This document shows positions 10,867 through 23,895 of a DNA stretch of 64,000 nucleotides, piece by piece. Both the position numbers and the translations under genes were made by a program. The stretch is from Lytechinus pictus (taxonomy: Eukaryota): the NCBI RefSeq assembly GCF_037042905.1, contig NC_087245.1:37512001-37576000 (forward strand), read 5' to 3'. The notes beneath the pieces were generated by a model. It ran no database searches, was not told the DNA's origin, and worked only from the letters and a program-made list of their open reading frames with translations. Numbering within the stretch: the first letter of the stretch is position 1; the number at the start of each line of letters is the position of its first letter.

Positions 10867-12943
10867 GATTGATTTAAAGGTAATTACCAGTCAGATTTTC
10901 CCTGGTAAGCCAATCCATGAGAGTTTGAATAGGGGTCCTGTTTGTGCATTGATTTCCTGAACGTAGCAAACATATTGGCCTGTATTCTGAAGTCAGGTTT
11001 AACTTAGACCACGGTCTAAGTCTGTGCTAAAATTATGGGAGCCAAAAATTCAAAAATTCTGTTTCTATTGTATATTTCTTACATTGACTATTTTGCTATC
11101 ATAATGAAGAAAAATACTTCATTTATCATTCCCAGGCGATTATGAATAATTTGTGTGTCATATAATAGATTGGCTGTGTACTGTTAAGGATTTGTGCCCC
11201 AATTGGCTCTCCATAGTTAAGCCACAACTTTAAACCAGGGTTTAATTTGAACCCGAGTTCAGAATACAGGCCACTGTATGTGGCATGGCCCTGAGAAGCG
11301 GGGGGGGGGGGGGGGTGCTGAAATACATGTACCATCCAAAATTTACCTGGTGGGGTGCTGGAGTTGCATGTCATATTCACCATAGGCAACACCACCTGGA
11401 AATCAGGTAGGTATGCTATATAGCAGAAATCTATTCAAAATCACCTTCATTTTGTAGTGAACCCCCCTCCCCCTTTTTTTTGGTGGGGGGCTGGGGTGCT
11501 GAAATACATGTACCTTCCAAGATTTACCTGGTGGATATGGGGTGCTGGAGTGACTTGCATGTGTTATTCACCATTGGCAGCACCCCCTGGAAATCAGATA
11601 AGTATGCTATATAGCAGAAATCTATTCAAAATTACCTTTATTTTGAAGTGAAACCCCCCCCCCCTTTTTTTTTGGGGGGGGGGGCATATTAAATTTAAAC
11701 CAGCACCCCCTGTTAAAAAGTCGTTCCCAGGGCCCTGGTATTCAAGGGTAGATCTTAAAGGAGAATGAAACATTTGGAACAAGATAGGTTGTGTGAAAAC
11801 AGAAAAATCAAAGAAACAGATCAACGAAAGTTTGAGAAAAATTGGACAAATAATGAGAAAGTTATGATGACACTGTTGGATTTCGATAGAGTTACGATTG
11901 ATTGGATCAATCGTAGCTCTTTGTTAGATGGGGCCCGGGATTGATTTAAAGGTAATTACCAGTCAGATTTTCCCTGGTAAGCCAATCCATGAGAGTTTGA
12001 ATAGGGGTCCTGTTTGTGCATTGATTTCCTGAACGTAGCAAACATATTGGCCTGTATTCTGAAGTCAGGTTTAACTTAGACCACGGTCTAAGTCTGTGCT
12101 AAAATTATGGGAGCCAAAAATTCAAAAATTCTGTTTCTATTGTATATTTCTTACATTGACTATTTTGCTATCATAATGAAGAAAAATACTTCATTTATCA
12201 TTCCCAGGCGATTATGAATAATTTGTGTGTCATATAATAGATTGGCTGTGTACTGTTAAGGATTTGTGCCCCAATTGGCTCTCCATAGTTAAGCCACAAC
12301 TTTAAACCAGGGTTTAATTTGAACCCGAGTTCAGAATACAGGCCACTGTATGTGGCATGGCCCTGAGAAGCGGGGGGGGGGGGGGGGGGGGGGGGGTGCT
12401 GAAATACATGTACCATCCAAAATTTACCTGGTGGGGTGCTGGAGTTGCATGTCATATTCACCATAGGCAACACCACCTGGAAATCAGGTAGGTATGCTAT
12501 ATAGCAGAAATCTATTCAAAATCACCTTCATTTTGTAGTGAACCCCCCTCCCCCTTTTTTTTGGTGGGGGGCTGGGGTGCTGAAATACATGTACCTTCCA
12601 ATATTTACCTGGTGGCCATGGGGTGCTGGAGTGACTTGCATGTGTTATTCACCATTGGCAGCACCCCCTGGAAATCAGATAAGTATGCTATATAGCAGAA
12701 ATCTATTCAAAATCACCTTTATTTTGAAGTGAAACCCCCCCCCCTTTTTTTTGGGGGGGGCATATTAAATTTAAACCAGCACCCCCTGTTAAAAAGTCGT
12801 TCGCAGGGCCCTGGTATTCAAGGGTAGATCTTAAAGGAGAATGAAACATTTGGAACAAGATAGCTTGTGTGAAAACAGAAAAATCAAAGAAACAGATCAA
12901 CGAAAGTTTGAGAAAAATTGGACAAATAATGAGAAAGTTATGA
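10792..12943. repeat. Tandem duplication, two ~1.07-kb copies (10792-11863, 11864-12943)
   Basis: Near-identical copies offset by 1072 bp, differing mainly in homopolymer length plus a few substitutions. Confidence 0.95.
10977..11273. mobile_element. MITE TGGCCTGTATTCTGAA...TTCAGAATACAGGCCA (duplicated at ~12048-12345; diverged copy at ~52658-52950)
   Basis: Perfect 16-bp TIR and dispersed copies. Confidence 0.75.
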
Positions 12944-13421
12944 GCATTTGAATATTGCGATCACTAATGCTATGGAGATCCCCAAATTGGCAATGCGACA
13001 AGGATGTGTGATGTCACATGTGAACAACTTTTCCTTTGATGGACTATAAAATACCCTAAAAATGTCTCTTTGCTTTTTCTTATGGTGATACAAACTCTTT
13101 ATCCATGATGTATTCTTTAAAAATCTGTATTACATGCCCTCCTATAGAAAGAACACATGATCTACTGATAGATGTGATAAAAGAGGCAATTTAAGTGAAA
13201 TATATACTAAAGTAATGGAGAGAGTTGTTCACAAGTAACATCACACATCTTTGTTGCATTGCCAATTTGAGGATCACCATAGCATTAGTGATCACAATAT
13301 TCAAATGCTCATAACTTTCTCATTATTTGTCCGATTTTTCTCAAACTTTCGTTGATCTGTTTCTTTGATTTTTCTGTTTTCACACAAGCTATCTTGTTCC
13401 AAAGGTTTCATTCTCCTTTAA
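12831..13421. mobile_element. Kolobok/T2-type MITE with long TIRs
   Basis: TTAA-AGGAGAATGAAAC...GTTTCATTCTCCT-TTAA with ~200-bp inverted arms. Confidence 0.85.
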
Positions 13422-15234
13422 GAGAAGGTTCGGGGTACAGTCGACCTAGATTGGGTAGGTTATTAAAGCCTGTCTATGAAGCATTGGTAAAGACCCTACA
13501 TATGAATTTTAATTGTCTCACTTAACGATTCAATCTTACAATCGGGAGTGGCCATCGAATCTCCTTTCAGTGCTTGATTATTTGTGAAAATTTGAAAATT
13601 CATATTGTTGAAATATTCTAGTGCCCTCTCTCATTAGTGGTCATTTTTCTTTTAAAATAGCCTTTTGAACATTTATCTTAACAAATTTAGTGATTGGTAA
13701 CCAGAAAACTACACAAACAAAATCCATATCGTATTTTTTCCAGCCTATTTCATGGATAAGAAAGTGGATTTATATCAAAAAGGGAAAAATATGCAGGAAC
13801 TCATGTGGAATATGGAATAAAAACAAATATCTGGTAAAACATATTTCTATTCGATATCCTTCTCATCATAACTGTTAATGATAATGCACAAATCATCATC
13901 TATTTTCGTTTCAATTCAGATCAAGATCTAATGAGGAATTGGAATGGTGACATGACAACCAATAATTAAAATAGGCTTTAAGCTCATTTCGTCAATCTTC
14001 TTTCTTTTCTAACATATTCACAATTTTTCCCACATTTGGATGTTTCCTCCTGTAAATCCATAACTCATGTAGTCAAGTGATTCATGACATTTGATTTGCA
14101 GCAGTCCTGTTCATCAATACTTTGTCATGAAATCTTTGAGTATATTTTTGTGGTCATCGTCCGCACATTCACTTTTTAAAAAATGGGGGGGGGGGGCTTG
14201 ATACAATGATTGCTCATTCATGTATGTATCATCTGTACTTGGATGATTTGGCTCACTGAATATGCTTTCCACATGTTTGCACATGTTTTCCCTGCCCCCC
14301 CCCCCCCATCTCCCCCTCTCTCTTGCTTTCTATTTATCTTTTCCCTCAAACTCTCAAATCATACCTAATTCGAAAGAATTGCTTTAATTCCAACTTGGCA
14401 AATCTCGATCCTCTACATTTAGACCTTGGCACACAACATTAAGACTTGATTGAATGATTACAGAAATCAATTATAACACCTGTGTTATGTTGATAAGTAT
14501 GCAGGTGTTTTGTATCAGACCATGTTTTGCTATAGCTTGACACCTGAAGTTATCATAATATTCACAGCATCATATCTATTATTGCCAGTGCTTAAAAACA
14601 ACTTGTGTGACATTTCTTACTTGCTGTGTATTCTATTTATCAACATATTTGTAATACATCATTTATTGTCTTTTTTTTAATGTCACATTAATTTCCGGTA
14701 GGTTTCATTGAGCATATGTGGATTCTGAATTGTGGGTTATTCTCACATCTACGTATGCATGAATATATAGCACATTTTTATGTAAATTACTTCTTGTGCA
14801 ATAATGACACCTGTGTCTTCATGAATTGATTCAGAGTGAGTGCTTTAAAGACTCCAGAAGAAGAACATAATTATAATTCTGATATTCATGCAATCAAAAT
14901 GTTTTTCATGGTCTTATATAAATATTTTTTAGCTTCAAAAGGATTTTAAAATATGTGTGACATCTTACCACCGGTATTTGTTCAAATACATTCCTGATAT
15001 TCAAATGATCACTCCGATAAAATTAACTTTTAAAATATAACTTACTCTGTAAAATCCAGCCATTGCATTGTCCTAATCCATGTGGCTCTAATTCCTTGGC
15101 TCAATGAGATAAAACACTTACACCTTACGATCAATTTGAAGGCCTACATACTAATTGGCCCTTTCTTAGAGTTTACCTCATATTTTCTGTCTTGTTAGCT
15201 TTTCTTATTTCATCATTTTGTCTTGTCCGTGAAG

Positions 15235-15276
<42 letters not shown>

Positions 15277-16252
15277 CAACCTAGACAGGATGTCATCATT
15301 GCTTCACACTCTATGCCTTATTATTGGGTTAATTTGACAGAAAAATGGTTGTTGATTGATGACCGGTGCGGCTAGCCGGGGTCGGGTCGGTCCACTCCGC
15401 ATTGCACCTTTCACACGATGGCCAGAGTTGGTCAATGATGGTTGGATGACCATCTTGATCATGCATTCTCAAACCCGATTCCAGAGAGAGTTCAAATTGG
15501 GCAGAACTCAAGTGATAAATGCAACTTGATTTACAATCAACCAGGAAAGTGCATTTTGGCCATATTATGTTTTCTCTGCAATGTGCTCCCCCCCCCCCCA
15601 CACACATGCACACACAGTGAGCATAGTTATGCAAAATGGACAAAAATCTTCAATTTGTAGCAGTTTCAACAAGCCATAGGACAGATCTAAATTGATGAAT
15701 TTACCATTTTCTAGCCATTTTTCAAAATGGCTTGAAAATGGGTACTAAAAAGTTAATTGCTCAAATGCTGTAGACTACTGAAGATAGTTCTACTTTGGTC
15801 TACTTCACTAAGTTATTATAAAAATAATCCTTTATGGCTGTATTATAATCATGGACGTATTATAGTCAAGAGCCCATAGCTGTATCGTGGTATAAAAGTC
15901 ATTAATATGGTATTTTTAAGCCATGATTAATCATTTCTTTGAATCCTTGATTCTGATTGGCTGTTGAGCATTACAAGCAACTTAACAAGTTATAGCAAAC
16001 TCACAATGATAATAACTTTTAAGCAACAGGGTCCAGAATGGTCAAGATATTAGAATGGTCAAGAAAGTCAGATAAGTCACCGACCGATATGACATGACCC
16101 TTGACTATTGCTCTTGTGTGAAAGCCCCCTTACCTGTGCGAATGGATGCTTGATGATGCACTTTGCCATTAGAATTGGGATAAACCAAATGAATTATATC
16201 CTTTATTGTAGTGCACTGCTAATCTGGGGGGGGCACAGCAAGAATCCACTTA

Positions 16253-17417
16253 TATGCTTTTCACACTGCATTTCCTTAACCCCATGCTATCTTTTTTTCA
16301 TTCACACTGTCTTTCTTAACCCCATACTATTTGCTTAGCCGGGGTACGCCTTAACCCCAGACTATCACAAAGCTCATGAATATTGATGATTTTTCCCAGA
16401 CAGAGTGCAATTAATGTGCAATTTTCTCTTCTGTGATTGGCTAATGTTTAGCCCCACTTTTCCTTAGCCCTGTTTCGTTTCACACTGCATCTCTTAGCAC
16501 CGCAATTGTGGTGCTAGCTCCACAAGCCGGCTAACCCTGCTTTTTTGCAGGGCCAGATAGTACCGTACTATTTACCGTGCTAGACCACTTTGCTAAAACA
16601 TAGTGTGAAAACGCAGTGGGCTAAACCTTAACCCCAGGAAATTGGTGGGGCTAAGACCCCCCCCCTTAGCCCCACCAATTTCCTGGGGTTAAAGAAAAAA
16701 GTGCAGTGTGAACCCGGAGGGGCCACTTCCATTGACGAGTGGATACCATGCGCGACCACGGGGTCTTGAAAAGCACCCTAAACACGTATTTTCCATATTC
16801 TGAAAATACACCCCTTAACAAGTATTGGCGTGTGAAACCCTACCCTTAACAAGTATTGGAAACAAATACTATTGGCAAGTATTCCCAGAATTGAGCCCCT
16901 AAACAAGTACAGCGATGTATTCCATATTCTGAAAATGCACCCCTTAACAAGTATTGGAAACAAAACGATACTCTTGGCAAGTATTCCCTGAAATGAACCC
17001 CTAAACAAGTACAGCGATATTTTATTGTTATGTCACGGGTCCGTCGGTCGCCGGTTTTACCTATACACACCATTATTTTGGTTTAGTACGACCCCACCTT
17101 CCACACCTCGCGCAAATCGGACTCTAAACACGTAGTGTTGGGGCAAAAAAACACGTAGTGTTGGGGCAAAAAGGATATCCTTTATAAAACATTTTGAGTT
17201 TGTTTTATCATCCCCGCATATTTGACCCTAAACACGTATATTTTTCCGAGCGAAATAGATACCCTTTTTTCAATATTTTTGTGTTTCTGACACCCTTATC
17301 ACGTTACGTACGTAACGTGCCCTATCTTGAAAAAGACATCCTTTTTACGTGTTTTTTTGGTCGCGCATGGTATCCACTCGTCAATGTAAGTGGCCCCCCG
17401 GGAGTGTGAAAAGCATA
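16253..17417. mobile_element. PIF/Harbinger-type MITE interrupted by a nested element
   Basis: TIR TATGCTTTTCACACTGCA with a TTA target duplication on both sides. Confidence 0.75.
16713..17402. mobile_element. Non-autonomous TIR element with CCCGG ends and 8-bp TSD
   Basis: ~45-bp TIRs (CCCGG..GGCCAC..CATTGACGAGTGGATACCATGCGCGACC). AGTGTGAA is duplicated at 16705-16712 and 17403-17410. Confidence 0.88.
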
Positions 17418-17889
17418 TTATCATACCACATTGAAAGTTAATGTAAGTGATACATTATGTATTGGTTCCTTTTTAGCAGGAAATTTCAAATATTTGTTTT
17501 TTGCGCATTTAGAAAATCTTGTGCATGATATAAAGGTAATTTTCATTTACATTGGATTGCAAAATAATGTGTTAACATTGCACTTTGCCAGTTAGGCTAT
17601 GCCTGACACCCCCCCCCCCCCCCCCTCCGGCACCGAGTTAGAGGAACTAGGTCTGTGCAATGTTTGCAGTTGTGGGCTGCACTGTACAAACTTCCTAGGA
17701 TTCACTGTCAAAAATTCCAAAATATTTGAATGTTAATTCTGAATTATTGCCTGTCAGTGATGTGATGCACATTTTATGCCATTCATTGGTCAGTTATGAA
17801 AACTATAGAGTCCATCAAAATTTCTTTGCTTGTCATTGCTGTTATGGTTAAAAATTGTTGATGTTTATGTTTGTTATTTTGCTCTCCAG

Positions 17890-18009
17890 GGGATATGATG
17901 AATACCCGTGGGCTAGCAGTACCCCTCAGGTGAACCATCGAGGTATGGCTACCCCACCCCCATACCGGACACCACCCCACCCTCACAAACATCGGGAGAC
18001 AAGCTTCAG
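17890..18009 (+). CDS. Internal coding exon of an unidentified gene (GYDEYPWASSTPQVNHRGMATPPPYRTPPHPHKHRETSF)
   Basis: ctccag acceptor and gtaggt donor. 120 nt, open frame, phase 2-2, phase-compatible with the exon at 28368. Confidence 0.7.
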
Positions 18010-18146
18010 GTAGGTAGTATGACATTGGAAGCATCTCTCAGATGATTTTCAAAGAATGTTAATCAATAAGCATTTAAAAATCAGCATCTTCACCTGCCCA
18101 TTTGGAAGGAATTCCTGTGAATTATCTACAGGCACCAATATACAAC

Positions 18147-18335
18147 TGGTGGGTGTTTCATAAAGCTGTTCGTAAGTTACGAGCGACTTTGCAAATGACT
18201 GGTGATAATTTCTTGGGAGCTAAATCCACTGTGTAAGTTGTAAACAATTTGATGCGCATCATTCACCACAAGAAAGGATCACCAGTCGTTCGTAAAGTCG
18301 CTTGTAACTTACAAACAGCTTTATGAAACACCCCC
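18147..18335. mobile_element. Short palindromic MITE (GTTTCATAAAGCTGTTCGTAAGTTA family)
   Basis: Inverted arms, with further copies at ~54664-54840, 54841-56660 (interrupted) and 56661-56834. Confidence 0.8.
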
Positions 18336-18499
18336 ATGGGATGGTAACATGGTACATTGTAATCCAATATCATAATACTTGCTGTACTTCATTAATGTGA
18401 AAAGTAGACAAAAGGGAATGGAGGTGAGGGGGGAAGAAAGAAGAAAAAAAGACAAAGTCGACGAGGAAGGAGAAGTATTGTTACATTTAAAAAATAATT

Positions 18500-18825
18500 G
18501 AAAGAGGGAAAGAAAAATGAGAAAAGGACAAAGAGGAGAAAAAGAATTAGTATTGATAGTAGTAGAGTGGATAAAAGGAGAAGGAGGAGAAGAAGGAGGG
18601 GAAGAAGTGGAGGAGGAAGAAGAAAAGGGAGGAGTAGAAGAAGGAGAAGGAGGAGAAGAAGAGTAGGAGGAAGAAAAGAAGGAGGAGGGGGAAGAAGACG
18701 AAGGAGAAGAAGAAAGGGAGGAGGAAGGAGGGAGAGGAGAAGGAGGAGAAGAAGAGGAGGAAGAAGAAGAAGAAGGGGGAGGAGGAGGGAAAAGAAGAAG
18801 GGGGAGGAGGAGGAGAAGAAGAACT
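18500..18825. repeat. GA-rich low-complexity tract (GGA/GAA)
   Basis: Nearly purine-only triplet repeats. Confidence 0.9.
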
Positions 18826-19454
18826 TTTTATCAAGTACTGGAGGTACATAATAACAAACATCAAATTTCCTTACATCAGCAATAGATAGGTGACTCAGCA
18901 TGACCCATTTGAACTGACAGAAAACATTCATACTTCCAGACAGAATTAATCCTTCCTCTTTAAATCATGCTTCATTATATTGATTTTTTAAACTAAAACA
19001 ACTTCTGACTCAGCATTGTGCATGAAATATAATGGATGAGTACAATTGTGTGTAACCATTGCTGTAAACACTTTATTATTGAATTTCAGCATAATGCACT
19101 CATGAAAATGACAGCTCACAAATCATTGTCAACAATAATCAAGACTTCCATTGTTTTTCTAAACATGATTGATATGATTGACTTTGAAGACACAGACTAC
19201 GGATTCATCATGAAATTATGACGACAGATGTTTGCAATTTGCAGCTTTGGCTGGAATTCACGAGAATGGTTGTTTTAATCTGTGATTTATGTAGATTTCA
19301 TACATTTGTCAGGGATGTGTGAATTCAGTTGATTTCAGCTTGTTTGGTTTTGATTTTTCAGCTAAATTTCAGATTTTTTTTAGCTTTCTTCTGTAAAGTC
19401 TTTTTATTTCAACACTTTTTTTTCACCTCTTTTTTTCTCTCCCAACCCTCATCA

Positions 19455-20054
19455 TTAAAGGACAAGTCCACCCCAACAAAAAGTTGATTTGAATAAAAAG
19501 AGAAAAATCCAACAAGCATAACACTGAAAATGTCATCAAAATCAGATGTAAAATAAGAAAGTTGTGACATTTTAAAGTTTTGATTAATTTCACAAAACAG
19601 TTATATGCACATCCTGGTCGGTATGCAAATGAGGAGACTGATGACGTCATCCACTCACTATTTCTTTTGTATTTTATATATGAAATATTCTAATTTTCTC
19701 TCCTTGTCAAGTGAAACAATGATTAATTCCTCCCTGAACCTGTGGAACTAGCATTGTTTAATACTATATGGTTCAGTCAAGTTGGTCCCTATTGTCAAAT
19801 ATGTAAAAAAAATGAAATATTGTATAATTCAAACAATAAAAAACAAAAGAAATAGTGAGTGAGGGACATCGACTGACTCATTTGCATGACACTGAATGGT
19901 GCATATCACTGTTTTGAGAAAAGTAGGCGAAATTTTAAAATGTCATAACTTTCTTATTTTACATCCGATTTTGGTATAATTTTCAGTATATGCTAGTTTT
20001 CTTTTTCTCTTCTTATTCAAATCAATTTTTTTCTGGGATGGACTTGACCTGTAA
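19455..20054. mobile_element. Kolobok/T2-type MITE (TTAAAGGACAAGTCCACCC family)
   Basis: TTAA-AGG left end, diverged right TIR, several copies in the window. Confidence 0.85.
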
Positions 20055-20186
20055 TGCTTGGTTCAGCACATACATGTATGTACTTATAACCAAGTAAGGG
20101 CCCAATAACTTTGTCACACTCTCATGTGATAAAGGAATAATGAGGCTGTGTTTATGTTAATCAATTTGCATGAAGAGTAAGCTTTA

Positions 20187-20793
20187 TTAAAGGACAAGTC
20201 CACCCCAACAAAAAGATGATTTGAATAAAAAGAGAAAAATCCAACAAATATGGCACTGAAAATTTCATCAAAATCGGATGTAAAAAAGAAAGTTATGACA
20301 TTTTTTAAGTTTCGCTTAATTTCACAAAACAGTTACATGCACATCCCAGTCGGTATGCAAATGAGGGAACTGATGACATCACTCACTATTTCTTTTGTAT
20401 TTTATTATATGAAATATTCTAATTTCTCCTCATTGTCCCATGAAAAAAAGTTTTTATTTCTCCTTGAACTTGTGGAATTACCATTGTTTAACATTTTATG
20501 GTTCAGTCAAGTTGGTCCTTATTGTCAAATCTGGAAAAATAGAAATATTGTATAATTCAAACAATGACAAATAAAAGAAATAGGTCTAGTGAGTGAGGGA
20601 CATCATCGATTCTCTCATTTGCATGCGACTAAATTGTGCATATAACTATTTTGTGAAAAATAAGCGAAACTTTAAAATGTCATAACTTTCTAATTTTAAC
20701 ATCCGATTTTGATGAAATTTTCAGCATTATGGTGGTCTGATTTTTCCCTATTGATCCAAATCAACATTTTTCTGAGGTGGACTTGTCCTTTAA
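20187..20793. mobile_element. Kolobok/T2-type MITE, same family
   Basis: TTAAAGGACAAGTCCACC...GGTGGACTTGTCCTTTAA. Confidence 0.88.
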
Positions 20794-21204
20794 TCAATGA
20801 TATGCCATTGACAAAATTGCACTTCTGTGACTGGACCCCTCCTCATCAATTTAAATGCTAAATTTAGCATAATTAATGTATGAACTGTCCAGAAATTAAT
20901 GTTTCAGACCACAGATTCCAAACCACTTTTGTGAAATTGGTTCAAATTGCCCCTCAATGTTCGGTTTCAAGGATATTTTGTTTAAAAAGGGTTTTGTCAC
21001 TCGTGGTAGTCCTAGGAAGGATTGAATCCGTATGTTAATCCAGCGTTTGTCATCGGCCGTTTGACCGATGGGCTAAGACAGGAAGACGAGATTAGACATG
21101 GAGTCTGGTTGCTATCTGTCATCACCATGACGACAGCATCACATTTTTGCAGGGGGAGATTATCCAGGCATTGGGCAGGATTCATTGGATAGGGTTTTTT
21201 TTAT

Positions 21205-22154
21205 TATTGTCTCACCTGCATAGCAGAGTGAGACTATAGGCGCCGCTTTTCCGACGGCGACGGCGGCGTCAACACCAAATCTTAACCTGAGGTTAAGTTT
21301 TTGAAATGACAGCATAACTTAGAAAGTATATGGACCTAGTTCATGAAACTTTGCCATAAGGTTAATCAAGTATTACTGAACATCCTGCCCGAGTTTCATG
21401 TCACATGACCAAGGTCAAAGGTCATTTAGGGTCAATGAACTTAGGCCATGTTGGGGGAATCAACATCAAAATCTTAACCTAAGGTTAAGTTTTTGAAATG
21501 TCATCATAACTTAGAAAATATATGGACCTAGTTCATGAAACTTATACATAAGGTTAATCAAGTATCACTGAACATCCTGCATGAGTTTCACGTCACATGA
21601 CCAAGGTCAAAGGTCATTTAGGGTCAATGAACTTTGGCCGAATTGGGGGTATCTGTTGAATTACCATCATAACTTTGAAAGTTTATGGATCTGATTCATG
21701 AAACTTGGACATAATAGTAATCAAGTATTACTGAACATCCTGTGCAAGTTTCAGGTCACATGATCAAGGTCAAAGGTCATTTAGGGTCAATGAACTTTGG
21801 CCAAATTGGGGTATTTGTTGAATTACAGCCATAAATTTGAAAGTGTGTTGGTCTAGTTCATAAAACTTGGACATAATAGTAATCAAGTATCACTGAACAT
21901 CCTGTGCGAGTTTCAGGTCACATGATCAAGGTCAAAGGTCATGTAAGGTCAAAGAACTTTGGCCACGTTGGGGGTATTTGTTGAATTGCCATCATATCTC
22001 TATAAGTGTATTGGTCTAGTTCATAAAACGTGGAAATAAGAGTAACCAAGTATCACTGAACATCTTGTGCGAGTTATAGTAGTTCTCAAAATCAGCACTG
22101 CTGCTATATTGAATCGCGTGATGCAGGTGAGACGGCCAGAGGCATTCCACTTGT
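21205..22154 (+). mobile_element. Helentron/HINE-like non-autonomous element with internal tandem repeats
   Basis: Subterminal IR GTCTCACCTGCAT / ATGCAGGTGAGAC, a GACGGC microsatellite, ~5 internal 162-191-bp repeats and a CTTGT end. Confidence 0.7.
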
Positions 22155-22387
22155 CATTATTTGATATCAACGCTTTGGTAAAAGGTCAATAATGTAAATA
22201 ATTCTGAGTATCATCCAGCATTCCAGTCATGTGGAGTGACCATTGAATTTTCTGTTGAAATTCAAATTTAACATTGTTTCATATCTAGCGCCCTCTCTCG
22301 GCCATGGTATTATTGAAATAAAGGCTCTCTGAGCGTATTTCGTTCAAATCTAGTGATTATGTATCATAAAGCTACAGACACACTTTA

Positions 22388-22627
22388 TCCGGTGTGTTGG
22401 CTCAGTTGGTAGAGCGTCTGTCTCACAACCGGGAGGTTGGGGGTTCAAAACCCGGCTGCGTCAGACCAAAAGATGTTAAAAGATGTGAGTTGCTGCTACC
22501 CTGTTTGGCGTTCAACGATTAAAGGGATAGAGCCTCGTCAATCTGGCGCTGCACAGCGGCTGCTGGGCCCATGATCAATTGGGCAAAGCAAATTTTCGGA
22601 GTATTTCATTTCATGTCTATTTCGAAC
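22388..22627 (+). mobile_element. tRNA-derived SINE
   Basis: A box TGGCTCAGTTGG and B box GGTTCAAAAC in a tRNA-like head, followed by a non-tRNA body. Confidence 0.85.
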
Positions 22628-22790
22628 GATTTCATCCTAAAACGTTCAACCTATAACATGATTTGGAATAGATTTTATATAAAAAAATACCCAATATATA
22701 ATTTGTTAGGGGGGTCTGGGAGGAAGAGGGGGAGTTTAGAATACATGATGTAATCTTGAACCATATGCCATTGGGTTGTTTTATGAAACA

Positions 22791-23130
22791 ATCTTGTCAG
22801 TGCTTCCCCGGTACAGATTTGCTCTCGGCCAATCACATTCAAGCATTTCAGGAGCATATAACAGTTGTCAGTAAATGATGCAATCTTGACCCATAATACC
22901 AGTGAGGTGTTTCACAAAGCCATCTTGTCAGTGCTTCCCCGGTACAAATTTGCTCTCGGCCAATCACGTTCAAGCATTTCAGGAGCTTATAACAGTTGTC
23001 AGTAAATGATGCAATCTTGACCCATAATACCAGTGAGGTGTTTCACAAAGCCATCTTGTCAGTGCTTCCCCGGTACAAATTTGCTCTCGGCCAATCAAAT
23101 TCAAGCATTTTGGTAACAGTTGCCAGTGAA
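22791..23130. repeat. 131-bp tandem repeat, ~2.6 copies
   Basis: ATCTTGTCAGTGCTTCCCCGG at 22791, 22922 and 23053. Confidence 0.9.
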
Positions 23131-23895
23131 AATCCCTGACAAAATTACTTTATGAGATGCTGCTCCCCAGGAACGTATTGAGGATAAGAGGGAGTATACT
23201 TGAAAGGATCAGATTAGTGACTGAGGAAATGAGCTATGGATTGCGCAATCCACTGATTGTTTTCTCCTCCGTCCTTTTGCTTAATCTGCCCTAGATCTTT
23301 CACTCTTCGGCTCTATAGATTGACTAATTACGAAAAGCTCGGCTTAGAAGTACTCCATTCTAACCCTCCACGGGACATGACAAATGTATGCGAATTCAAG
23401 GTGTTTTCGCCACTGCTGCTTCTCTTTAGATAACAAATTTGCCTGAGGCTTTTCTCATGTAGCAACATAATACCTTGCATCTGTATATCCACTGAGGAAA
23501 CGCGCTATTTATATATACACAGTTTGTCATGTTTTGTAAGAAGTGGGGCATGATCAGTTTCACATATAATGCTTTCTCTTTTTTTCACTGAAATGTTCTC
23601 CTGACAGTCAAAGGGGAAGTTCATCCTGATAAGGATTTATTGTAAAAAAATAGCAGAAAAATAGTAAAAAAAATATTGGTGAAGGTTTTAGAAAAGTCCA
23701 TCAAATATTAAAAAAGTTATTAAGAAATGTTATTTTTTTATTTGTGACGTCATATGCGAGCAGCTTCCCCATATATTGTATAGTAAGAAATCAACAAAAT
23801 GTCATTTTCTGCAAAAAAATGAAAAAGTTTTTTTTTTTTACCCATAGTATATCAAAAGTTCAATCATTTCCCATCCGCTCCTGAAAGAAAAATAA

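Noticed and set aside
10423..10872. 149-aa plus-strand ORF
   Set aside because: Non-ATG start, runs through a MITE, no recognisable domain.
15329..15660. GC-richer patch with short ORFs on both strands
   Set aside because: No splice-compatible open exon found; it may be regulatory but I cannot support that.
18392..18931. Poly-Leu/Arg/Phe ORFs (similar ones at 42889-43302, 44410-44672 and 60897-61216)
   Set aside because: Translations of low-complexity repeats.
22388..22462. tRNA gene
   Set aside because: The acceptor stem does not close properly and the sequence continues into a SINE body.
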